Source: a virus
IMG/VR virus record: IMGVR_UViG_3300034684_000096
Coordinates: 1-64,000 of that record
Direction: 5' to 3' (one strand)
Length of the DNA stretch: 64,000 nucleotides
In this document: positions 56,354 through 64,000 of the stretch, piece after piece
Layout of the letters: every line of letters begins with the position of its first letter
Numbering within the stretch: position 1 is the first letter of the stretch
Notes under the pieces: model-generated
What the model saw: the letters and a program-made list of their open reading frames with translations, nothing else
Databases searched by the model: none
What the model was told of the DNA's origin: nothing
Position numbers and translations under genes: made by a program

Positions 56354-56560
56354 CTACTTCTCTTTGTTAGTCAATACCTCTTTTACATATACATCTGAAT
56401 AATCACTTCTCTCTGATTCCAAACATGCAAAATTATCTACACATGCATTGTCACATAACATACAATACAAACATTTGTTATACCATGATTCTATAGCTTC
56501 AGTTATTACCCCATGCTTACCTCGATATCTGACTTTAGTTCCTATTGCTAAATCAACCAT
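56354..56560 (-). CDS. small Cys-rich hypothetical protein
   Basis: CLYC...C....C...ER.D...V; own promoter. Confidence 0.65.
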   Translation of the reverse strand: MVDLAIGTKVRYRGKHGVITEAIESWYNKCLYCMLCDNACVDNFACLESERSDYSDVYVKEVLTNKEK

Positions 56561-56609
56561 TGTTATCTCCTTATATGTACATTCTATACTAGTATTAGTT
56601 ATTAGTCAA

Positions 56610-57640
56610 GAGTAAATGAATAAATAGTTTAAATAGATAACATATAATAGATAGATAGGTATAGTGTATATACATTGTGTATACATTGCGTATTATATGG
56701 GTTGTACATTACGTATAAGCAGAAGAGGCCCCTTTTGTTGGAAAAACAACATTTTCTTGCCACATGATAGATAACACCTGTTATGTATAGGTTTTATACT
56801 ACCCTTTATAGGTCTTATATAGGGGAAATACTATGCTATTTTATACCTTTTAGGGGTTGCAATCGCGTCTCTCGGTACATTTTTGTAGCCCAAAGCCCCT
56901 ATATAGCCCACTGTAGCCTATGCTCCTTTCCCTACACGAGCCTTAGCTACCCTAGGCTGTATCCCTACCTTACTCTACCCCTAAAACGCCGTAGAAGCCC
57001 ATTTTAGAGCCTTAGAGAGCACCTAAAAACACCCATTTTACCCTTATTTTTAGCAACTTTAGCTCCATTTTACCCTTATTTTTAGCATGTTTGGTCCTAT
57101 CTGTAACACATATTGCACAAAATATATCTAAGGCACTATTAAATTGTGCGCAATATATCTATGGTGCTAGTGGTGTTTCAGATACTATCTTCTTATAGGG
57201 CTATGACTTATGACATATGTTTAATTCCTAGTAACATGGTGGGTTTTGACATATGACATATGACATTGTCAAGTCCGACTCTAGGCATATATCTTATTAC
57301 CCTGCGTATTGTATAGGTAAAACCCTATATATACCTTGCGTATTGGTCCAGCTACGTTTCCTCTATGGTGTTTTGTTCGTGTGAAGCATGATAGGCAAAT
57401 AGAGCTGTTATTTAGCTATCGGTTAGCTTTAGCTCATTTCCTCTATGGGGTTTTTTTAGAGTATTTTGTACCTTCATTTGAGAGCGTTATTTGAGGGTGT
57501 AAGATTTGCATAGGGGCAAAATATTTTTACCCCGTACAAAAAAGTAGAGATTTCGGGGTGTTGACCCTCAAATAAACGCTCTATTTACAGGTTGGCTGAA
57601 ATTCAAACAAAAGCAGCGGTACAAAAATGAAGATACAAAG
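56610..57640. other. about 1-kb non-coding, repeat-rich region
   Basis: No credible ORF; 23-bp direct repeat (57033, 57065), TATGACA heptamers (57202-57272), inverted repeat 57481-57498/57564-57582. Confidence 0.7.
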
Positions 57641-57682
57641 AAAGCCCCTCTACTGGAAATGACTAGAAACCAGTAGAGGGGC
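57637..57682 (-). terminator. intrinsic terminator
   Basis: 13-bp stem GCCCCTCTACTGG/CCAGTAGAGGGGC followed by TTTCTTT on the minus strand. Confidence 0.85.
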
Positions 57683-57702
57683 AAAGGGTATATAAAGAGA
57701 GA

Positions 57703-58182
57703 CTAGGTAATTTTAAGGTTTTGACGTTTCTTAGTAATGGCTTTACTAAGGCTGTGCCAATACTCACATCCTTCATCTGTAGTTTCCCATTCAAACAAAC
57801 AGTCGACGTTAGAAGATTCAAGAAGTATATTGAATACTTCAGCGTCTACATCATATTTGTATTCAGCATTACACACGTTTCTGATAATCTTATCCAGTAC
57901 CTCTTCAGTCAACCACTGTGTGTAATGTGCATAACCATTGATATCATCTTTGAAGTAGTTGATATAGTCATCATACTCTTCAATGGGTTTGGCTTCATAG
58001 GTGCCATACATGGAGTCTACTCCATTGAGTACTGAAGCAATGAATTCCGCATTCTTCATATCTGTGGTATAGAGATTAGATTTGTCTTTCGTCTTCTTTA
58101 CAAGCTCTCCATCATTGTCAAGTACAAACTTTTCACCTTGTAATGCACCACACGTTACTTCATGTTCGATATAATATTCCAT
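57703..58182 (-). CDS. hypothetical protein
   Basis: AAGGAG RBS; FEWETTDEGCEYW motif. Confidence 0.7.
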   Translation of the reverse strand: MEYYIEHEVTCGALQGEKFVLDNDGELVKKTKDKSNLYTTDMKNAEFIASVLNGVDSMYGTYEAKPIEEYDDYINYFKDDINGYAHYTQWLTEEVLDKIIRNVCNAEYKYDVDAEVFNILLESSNVDCLFEWETTDEGCEYWHSLSKAITKKRQNLKIT

Positions 58183-58195
58183 ACTGTTTACTCCT

Positions 58196-58492
58196 TTAGT
58201 CTTCAAACCAAAAGCTTAATCTTGTTTTAGCTTCATTTGTTTTATCTTGTAATTGGTCCTCAAATACCTTCTGTTCTTCCATGATGGTAGGAAGCTCAGA
58301 GATATGATGAAAAGTCAAGTATTCACCTAAAGAGTCAATGAACAAGTCAGAGAAAGCATGAGTGATACATAAGGCCATTTCTTCAGTGAATAGCATCGGT
58401 TCTGGTATACCATTGTAGTGGAAGTATTTATCCGTTTCCAGAATAGCTACACCAGTGTATGGATTGGTGTATACAATAAAGTATTGTTTCAT
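58196..58492 (-). CDS. hypothetical protein
   Basis: AAGGAG RBS; LFTEEMAL motif. Confidence 0.65.
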   Translation of the reverse strand: MKQYFIVYTNPYTGVAILETDKYFHYNGIPEPMLFTEEMALCITHAFSDLFIDSLGEYLTFHHISELPTIMEEQKVFEDQLQDKTNEAKTRLSFWFED

Positions 58493-58854
58493 AGTTTCTC
58501 CTTTACACCAAGTACCATATAATCATTACTAAAGGCTTTGGCAATGATTAGTGCTTGTTCTTCAGTGAATAGCAAAGGAGGTGTGTTGTATGTACTATGA
58601 AAACAACCATCAGTTCCTAAATACCTATCACCTAATGCTTTAGCGATACCAATGAATGAAGCAACAATCATATATTGAGTATCATCTACGTCTTTCAACC
58701 ATGCGTCAGAAATTCCATAACCCAATGCCCTACACTGTTCTACAGGCATACCGTCACATGCATGAGGCCAAAGGTACTCACGTCTTCTTTCTTTAGCTTC
58801 TGGATATAGACGGTTCATATCCTCTAGGTAAGTCTCTCTATCAAATACTTTCAT
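58489..58854 (-). CDS. hypothetical protein
   Basis: AAGGAG RBS; LFTEEQAL motif. Confidence 0.65.
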   Translation of the reverse strand: MKVFDRETYLEDMNRLYPEAKERRREYLWPHACDGMPVEQCRALGYGISDAWLKDVDDTQYMIVASFIGIAKALGDRYLGTDGCFHSTYNTPPLLFTEEQALIIAKAFSNDYMVLGVKEKL

Positions 58855-58864
58855 TTGTCTCTCC

Positions 58865-59062
58865 TTATACCTGTACTGCATTGTATAGGCATTCGTATGA
58901 AGCATCAACATATCTAAGTGCCATACAGATTGCTTCCGCCTGTTCCCTTGTCATGATGAACATGTCTGTTGCATGCTGGTATGTCTTGAACCCCTCATCC
59001 ATGCACAAGTAGAGGCATGGTTGCTCTTGGTCTGCTGGTGTAAGTTGTACTGTGTATCCCAT
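58865..59062 (-). CDS. hypothetical protein
   Basis: Palindromic promoter and RBS upstream. Confidence 0.6.
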   Translation of the reverse strand: MGYTVQLTPADQEQPCLYLCMDEGFKTYQHATDMFIMTREQAEAICMALRYVDASYECLYNAVQV

Positions 59063-59072
59063 ATTGTTTGTC

Positions 59073-59136
59073 TCTCCTTATAATTCAAGTATATCATAGG
59101 GTTGGTTGTTAGTCAACCCTATTTGTAGAAGTTTTT
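59073..59136 (-). promoter_or_regulatory. palindromic early promoter cassette (copies also near 60463, 60862, 62037, 63754)
   Basis: Minus strand: AAAAACTTCT-N-ATAGGG[TTGACT]AACAACCAACCCTATGA[TATACT]TGAATTAT[AAGGAG]. Confidence 0.85.
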
Positions 59137-59340
59137 CTAGTTTCTGTGCCGGAAATACAGTTCTTTGATTGGTGCATACATATCAAAATCTTCTATTTTC
59201 TGTATGACTTCATTCATTATCTGTCTTGTCTTCTTTTCCCCTACTTCATTGTACAGGGTTGGTACAATAGCTTCCATCATCATGCTTGACATCAGGGACA
59301 TACTCTCTTCAATCAATTGCAATACTTTTTCATCACTCAT
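59137..59340 (-). CDS. hypothetical protein
   Basis: Own promoter and RBS. Confidence 0.65.
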   Translation of the reverse strand: MSDEKVLQLIEESMSLMSSMMMEAIVPTLYNEVGEKKTRQIMNEVIQKIEDFDMYAPIKELYFRHRN

Positions 59341-59394
59341 GTTTGTCTCTCCTTATGGTTCTATAATACCATAGTTTATGAATACTGTCAATAC

Positions 59395-59601
59395 CTAAAG
59401 ATTGAACACTTTATTCAATCTTTCTACTAATAGAAGTACAGGACACGTTTCACAATGGTCATAGGCATTGTTATCTACCGGACAATTTAAACAGAATTCA
59501 TCCAACTCATTGATGACTTGTTTCGCTTCCTCTTCAGTAGTGGGTACTACGATGGAAGTGTTTCTTCCTTGCGCTTCTAGGTAAATAGTGTTTACGTTCA
59601 T
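59395..59601 (-). CDS. small zinc-binding hypothetical protein
   Basis: CLNCP...CETCP; own promoter. Confidence 0.65.
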   Translation of the reverse strand: MNVNTIYLEAQGRNTSIVVPTTEEEAKQVINELDEFCLNCPVDNNAYDHCETCPVLLLVERLNKVFNL

Positions 59602-59641
59602 AATTGCTCCTTATGTTTCTATAATACAATGGTTTAGGTGA

Positions 59642-60175
59642 TTAGTCAATAGGTAAACCGAAGATTTCCCTAACTATATTTCCCAATGGTTCAGTGTACT
59701 GGTCAATATCTACAGTTTCGTTAACAATACCTTGTAAGAATGCATTATACTCATAATCTGGCATTGTCTTGGAATTCTTAATCATACGGAAGGTAATGTA
59801 GTTTGTACCATCGTGGTGCATACCTTTGGCTTTGAATTCATTCCCCTCTAGGTAATACATACCATAGTCTTGGTGGTGGTTAGGGTGAATACAGTTGCTT
59901 AAGTTATAATCCAACAGACTGAAGCCTTGCTTCCTTCCATTCCATAATCCTAGGCTTGCGATAGCAATAATCCTACCTTCCAGTTCCTTATCCAAAGTAT
60001 ATTTCAATTCATCTAATTGGAATTCAAGGTCAGCTGCTATAAAGTTCCATGCCTCATAATCAGATACACTAGCAATAGTTTCTTCCACATCATCTGATAA
60101 GTCAAACAATTGCTCTTTTGCTTCCTGTACTGCTTCTTCACTATAAGCGTTTTCATTGCTCCATAAAATAATCAT
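59642..60175 (-). CDS. conserved phage hypothetical protein
   Basis: IIAIA.LGLWNGR..G, HHDGTNY..FR. Confidence 0.75.
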   Translation of the reverse strand: MIILWSNENAYSEEAVQEAKEQLFDLSDDVEETIASVSDYEAWNFIAADLEFQLDELKYTLDKELEGRIIAIASLGLWNGRKQGFSLLDYNLSNCIHPNHHQDYGMYYLEGNEFKAKGMHHDGTNYITFRMIKNSKTMPDYEYNAFLQGIVNETVDIDQYTEPLGNIVREIFGLPID

Positions 60176-60429
60176 TTGTTTCTCTCCTGTATGTTTTGCA
60201 TTCTCTTTCTATGAATACGGATACTTTCATTCAACTCTTCAATCATAGTTTCAATAGTACTATAGAAGCTATCCCATTCTAGAGTACGTGCAACCCCTAT
60301 GGTGGTTTCTGGACTGTAGAATTCAACTTCAAGGTTGTCTTGCTCATAACCGATAAATACTTTCATGGTATCAGTTTCTAGGTCCAAAAGCTCTGCAATC
60401 ATTCTCTTCACCTTGTCTTGGTAATTCAT
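60172..60429 (-). CDS. hypothetical protein
   Basis: Palindromic promoter upstream. Confidence 0.65.
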   Translation of the reverse strand: MNYQDKVKRMIAELLDLETDTMKVFIGYEQDNLEVEFYSPETTIGVARTLEWDSFYSTIETMIEELNESIRIHRKRMQNIQERNK

Positions 60430-60503
60430 TTGCTTTCCCTCTCTTTATAACTCTATTGTACCATAGGGGTTGGTTGTTGTCAACCCCTATTTCAGAAGTT
60501 TTT

Positions 60504-60830
60504 CTAAATAATCGCTAGAGCATAAGGTACATAGTTTCCACAGTTGTCACTAATCTCTAGGTTTGCATACAACTTGGCCAAAGCGTCAGTATAAGAGGTT
60601 GCATCGTGCACAATCTTCTTGCTTGCTTCAGAAACATGCAGAAGGTTTAAAGCATTCAACAACGCTTGTTGATAGTCATATTTTTGCCACGACCGATTAA
60701 CCCATGAATACGTTCCACGCACCGCATGTACCATTTCATAATCAGAATCAAACAATGAGATAGTTACAAACTCATAAGAATATGCTTTGGTGGTCTTGTC
60801 TCTCGTAGTGAAAATAATTGTGTTAGCCAT
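60504..60830 (-). CDS. hypothetical protein
   Basis: NRSWQKYDYQ motif; palindromic promoter upstream. Confidence 0.65.
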   Translation of the reverse strand: MANTIIFTTRDKTTKAYSYEFVTISLFDSDYEMVHAVRGTYSWVNRSWQKYDYQQALLNALNLLHVSEASKKIVHDATSYTDALAKLYANLEISDNCGNYVPYALAII

Positions 60831-60901
60831 TTGTTTTCCCTCTTTATAATTCAAGTATACCATAGGGGTTGGTTTAAGTCAACCCCTATTTGATAAGTTT
60901 T

Positions 60902-61216
60902 TTAGAAAAACATAGTAATGTTAGTCCCCAATGTATGATGAATTCGTACAAGGAATTCCCCTGCAAGTGAATTAGCATTCATGATACTGTTTACTTCACT
61001 GTACCATCTATTCATACAGAAGCCATCACCATAAAATTGGTAGGCATCATCATAGAACCTAATACCTCTTTGGGTAATTTCCCCGTCTTTGGTGAATTGT
61101 ACCCCATACAACTCACCTTCCTCACTGGTATTAGTGATATAGCCGAAAGTTGCTTTCTTTTCTTTTACCGCTTCCATTTCTGCAAGTACTCTAAATTTGA
61201 ATTCTTCTTTAGTCAT
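60902..61216 (-). CDS. hypothetical protein
   Basis: Own promoter and AAGGAG RBS. Confidence 0.65.
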   Translation of the reverse strand: MTKEEFKFRVLAEMEAVKEKKATFGYITNTSEEGELYGVQFTKDGEITQRGIRFYDDAYQFYGDGFCMNRWYSEVNSIMNANSLAGEFLVRIHHTLGTNITMFF

Positions 61217-61220
61217 TGTT

Positions 61221-61539
61221 GTTTCTCCTTGTTCTCTTTATACCTAATTCTACCATGTATAAGGTATGGTGTCAATAGTATTTGAAAAAATAAATAAAAA
61301 AGTTTTTTCTTTTTAGGTATTGACAACGGTGTGAAAGTATGATATACTGAACAAAAAAGACTTTATTTTTTCTTAAATTTGTATACAGATTAACGTATGA
61401 CTTATGTCATATGTCAGAAGTTCGGAAGTCATAAGTTCTGACATATGTCATAAGCTAACTTCTCACATAAAAAAGCCAACTTTTGACATATGTCATATGA
61501 CAAGCGCGAAGACCGATATATGATAATATATCGGTCTTC
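61221..61539. repeat. long imperfect direct repeat, copy 1 (divergent promoters, heptamer array, hairpin)
   Basis: Aligns by eye to 62394-62752. Confidence 0.85.
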
Positions 61540-61560
61540 AATTTAATTACACGCTATAAA

Positions 61561-61586
61561 ATAAGGGACTATCTCTAGTCCCTTAT
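61561..61586 (-). terminator. probable intrinsic terminator
   Basis: ATAAGGGACTA-tctc-TAGTCCCTTAT right after the stop of 61593-62006. Confidence 0.7.
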
Positions 61587-61592
61587 CAGTTG

Positions 61593-62006
61593 TCACCTCA
61601 TGTACAATTTAATTGGTTCTTTCTCTGATGGAATTTTTACCAAGAAGGTATTGACTCCAGTCTCTCTATCACAGTCAATTTCCATTTGCTCTATCAATTC
61701 CCATTTGTCGGAATATTCATCAGAATAAGCAATGAGCCTATCTGGTTGTTTCTTTGAACGTTTGATGTTCATAGTTATTCCGGAATCAGAAACCAAGAAT
61801 ACCCATGAATAATTACCATCATCATCTAATGAATAATCATTGATGACTACCATGTACAAGTATTCGCTTAAGTATTCATTCCATTCTCTATCGTCAACAA
61901 TCTTCTGGAAGTCTTCCATGGAAGGATTGAACAGCGTAATGTGAGTGTTATGTGCTCCTTCTGTGAAGTTTCCACCATTTTTCTTTTTCCAGTCTTGAAT
62001 AGTCAT
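61593..62006 (-). CDS. hypothetical protein
   Basis: Palindromic promoter and AAGGAG RBS. Confidence 0.7.
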   Translation of the reverse strand: MTIQDWKKKNGGNFTEGAHNTHITLFNPSMEDFQKIVDDREWNEYLSEYLYMVVINDYSLDDDGNYSWVFLVSDSGITMNIKRSKKQPDRLIAYSDEYSDKWELIEQMEIDCDRETGVNTFLVKIPSEKEPIKLYMR

Positions 62007-62075
62007 TGTTATCTCTCCTTATAATTCAAGTATAGCATAGGGTTGGTTGTTAGTCAACCCTATTTCATAAGTTTT

Positions 62076-62390
62076 TTAGATAAATTCTACTTTCATGTAT
62101 TGCTCACTAATCATGATACAATCTTGTTTGAGGATATTTTTCAATACTTGTGCTATGTTGTTAGCTTGGAAGTCATTGTCCATAACTTCCAATACATAGG
62201 AAGTCTCTTGTACACCATTCCAATAACCATCAGTGGTATACAGTGTATATCCTTCCCATTGGGTATTGTGTCTGTTGTACGCTTCCCTAGCTATTTCTAT
62301 AGCGTTTACAACTTCTTCTTTTGTGAAAGTCTGTTTGACTTCTGAATTGCTACCAGTCTGTGAACCAATGTAAAGTTTTGTTACTTTCAT
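62076..62390 (-). CDS. hypothetical protein (DUF3574-like pattern)
   Basis: KLYIG...GYTL....GYW.G..E.S...LKQDCI. Confidence 0.7.
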   Translation of the reverse strand: MKVTKLYIGSQTGSNSEVKQTFTKEEVVNAIEIAREAYNRHNTQWEGYTLYTTDGYWNGVQETSYVLEVMDNDFQANNIAQVLKNILKQDCIMISEQYMKVEFI

Positions 62391-62393
62391 GTA

Positions 62394-62752
62394 GTTTCTC
62401 CTTGCTCTCTTTATACTTAATATTACTATATATATAATATAGTGTCAATAGTATTTGAAAAAATAAGTAAAAAAGTTTTTTCTTTTTTAGTATTGACAAA
62501 GTAATAAACATATGATATACTATAAAGATATGGTTATTTTTATATCCTAGTGTCAGTGTAGACTATGACTTATGTCATATGTGTAGGGTATGACTTATGA
62601 CATCAGTATATGGTATGACATATGTCAGAAGTTCGGAATCCAGAAGTTGCACAGTTGTCATATGACATAAGTTTCCCATAAAAAGACCAACTTTTGACAC
62701 ATGTCATATGACAAGCGCGAAGACCAAAAATAATATATTATTTTTGGTCTTT
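62394..62752. repeat. long imperfect direct repeat, copy 2
   Basis: Same divergent promoter block and CCAACTTTTGACAyATGTCATATGACAAGCGCGAAGACC block as copy 1. Confidence 0.85.
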
Positions 62753-63262
62753 ATTAATCAATTCTCTAAATGAAGCATTATCAATGTATTCTTCTATATG
62801 CTTGCACGCGCTTACATAAATATTGTGTGCTTCCTCTTCAGTAGCATAACGACCCAAATGTATAACCTTTTTGCCTATCCGTATCTTTGCCTCGTACCTA
62901 CCCTTATGTTTATCAAAATAACAACCAACAAGTTTACCTTTCCTGTGTACTTTTCGATTTTGATTATTTCCCCTATCAGTAACCAATCTTAAGTTTTCAA
63001 ACCTATTGTCAATCCTATTTCCGTTAATATGGTCAATCTGCATTCCTTCTGGAATATCTTCACCTGTTGTTAATACCCAAACAATAGTATGATAGTATAT
63101 CCGCATACTATTGAACCTTACTTGACAATAACCATTATTAGTACCATTGTTCTTAACAAGAACCCATTTAGTACTTGGGTAACTTCTCAGCCTTTCCAAA
63201 GTACCATCCTTAAGCCTAAATACTTTCTTCAATTCCTCTACATCAATAGGTTTTCTTTTCAT
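62738..63262 (-). CDS. HNH homing endonuclease with AP2 domain
   Basis: IDHINGNRIDNRFENLR, N..N, HLG.Y.TEEEA..Y; AAGGAG RBS before ATG 63262. Confidence 0.92.
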   Translation of the reverse strand: MKRKPIDVEELKKVFRLKDGTLERLRSYPSTKWVLVKNNGTNNGYCQVRFNSMRIYYHTIVWVLTTGEDIPEGMQIDHINGNRIDNRFENLRLVTDRGNNQNRKVHRKGKLVGCYFDKHKGRYEAKIRIGKKVIHLGRYATEEEAHNIYVSACKHIEEYIDNASFRELINKDQK

Positions 63263-63274
63263 ATACACTCCTTG

Positions 63275-63390
63275 AAATAAAAACCCTATTATACTATCTC
63301 CCCCTTTCGGGTCAGCACGGAAACAGTATAATAGGGTAAGATTTTACTCAAGGAAACAAGAAAGTGCTGATGTCTCTTGTTTCCTCAAAC
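63275..63390 (-). promoter_or_regulatory. structured leader RNA (two hairpins with complementary loops, terminator-like U-tract)
   Basis: Hairpins 63350-63386 and 63283-63337; loops UCAGCAC/GUGCUGA; promoter TTGACA at 63424-63429. Confidence 0.7.
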
Positions 63391-63511
63391 CATATAAAGA
63401 GTGTATCACATTCCATATGACATTGTCAAGTCCTACTCTAGAAAAAAGTCAACTTATGATATACATATTTCCGGCTTTATAACTAAAGGGGAAGTTACTC
63501 CCCTTGTTGAT

Positions 63512-63724
63512 TTAAAGATAGGATACAATGTTCTGGATATCCGTAACTCTAAGACTGTCAGAACACCCGCTTTCCATGTACAACTTCAGTACGTCGATTG
63601 GTTTCATTTCGTCAATCTCATACGCTGGTACTCTACCCAATGCTCTGTACTCTGTAAGGTTTTGAATCCTTGAGTAAACGTTTGTGTAATACTTTTGTTT
63701 CATCATTTGTCTCTCCTTGTTCAT
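63512..63724 (-). CDS. hypothetical protein
   Basis: Palindromic promoter, two tandem RBS/start sites. Confidence 0.6.
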   Translation of the reverse strand: MNKERQMMKQKYYTNVYSRIQNLTEYRALGRVPAYEIDEMKPIDVLKLYMESGCSDSLRVTDIQNIVSYL

Positions 63725-63791
63725 CTTGCCTCTCCTTATAATTCAAGTATATCATAGGGTTAACTAATTGTCAACCCTATATCCAGAAGTT

Positions 63792-64000
63792 TTACAATGT
63801 TTTTATGAAGTTTTGAATACTTGTGATATCCTCATCAAGGTCGTTGTATGCCTGTTTAGCTCTTCCATATGTGTAATCTAGCAGAAGGTTTGGAAGTGCC
63901 TTCACAAGTGCCTCATGTACGCTTACCAGCTCAAGGAGCGTAATGTGTCCGTTATTATACTTTTGTTGGTATTCTGCAAGAGTATCCGCTTGGGTACGCA
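63792..64000 (-). CDS. hypothetical protein, 5' partial
   Basis: Frame open from the window edge to TAA at 63792-63794. Confidence 0.55.
   Translation of the reverse strand, partial: RTQADTLAEYQQKYNNGHITLLELVSVHEALVKALPNLLLDYTYGRAKQAYNDLDEDITSIQNFIKTL

Noticed and set aside
56783-57007. 74-aa plus-strand ORF in the non-coding gap
   Set aside because: No RBS, low-complexity composition, opposite to the arm's direction
59073-63790. CRISPR array formed by the palindromic repeats
   Set aside because: Repeats are hundreds of bases apart, separated by whole genes, and contain -35/-10/RBS elements; no cas genes
1-64000. Stop-codon reassignment
   Set aside because: Long conserved genes are intact under the standard bacterial code, and TAA, TAG and TGA all terminate genes at sensible boundaries

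Overview
AT-rich double-stranded DNA phage sequence with no rRNA, CRISPR array, integrase or transposase recognised. Layout: (1) 1-8855 (+) end of a structural/lysis arm with a DUF285-like repeat protein, a class-3 lipase, three tail/tail-fibre genes, a fibre chaperone, a holin candidate and two fully overlapping membrane coiled-coil ORFs; (2) 8891-16540 (-) DnaB-like helicase, primase, SNF2 helicase and a possible initiator; (3) 16706-32786 (+) ThyX, UDG-fused family-A polymerase, UvsY-like, SSB, RecA, resolvase, three-piece SbcC with SbcD, terminase small subunit and a secreted protein; (4) 32839-64000 (-) early arm of many small genes, many with their own sigma70-type promoter, including Pth2, a Pif1-like helicase, a Prim-Pol-like protein, RtcB, an Rnl2-family RNA ligase, a Mom-like protein and an HNH-AP2 nuclease. 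The most striking element is a 106-nt miniature tmRNA-like gene (53295-53400, minus strand) with an intact alanine tRNA-like domain and a candidate 6-codon tag frame, sitting in the same arm as other RNA-repair/ribosome-rescue genes. Also notable: a duplicated ~330-bp promoter/heptamer-repeat/hairpin element, palindromic early promoters and a kissing-loop leader in front of the HNH gene. All assignments come from motif recognition by eye; no database search was run. Start codons were moved where a ribosome-binding site supports a later start.
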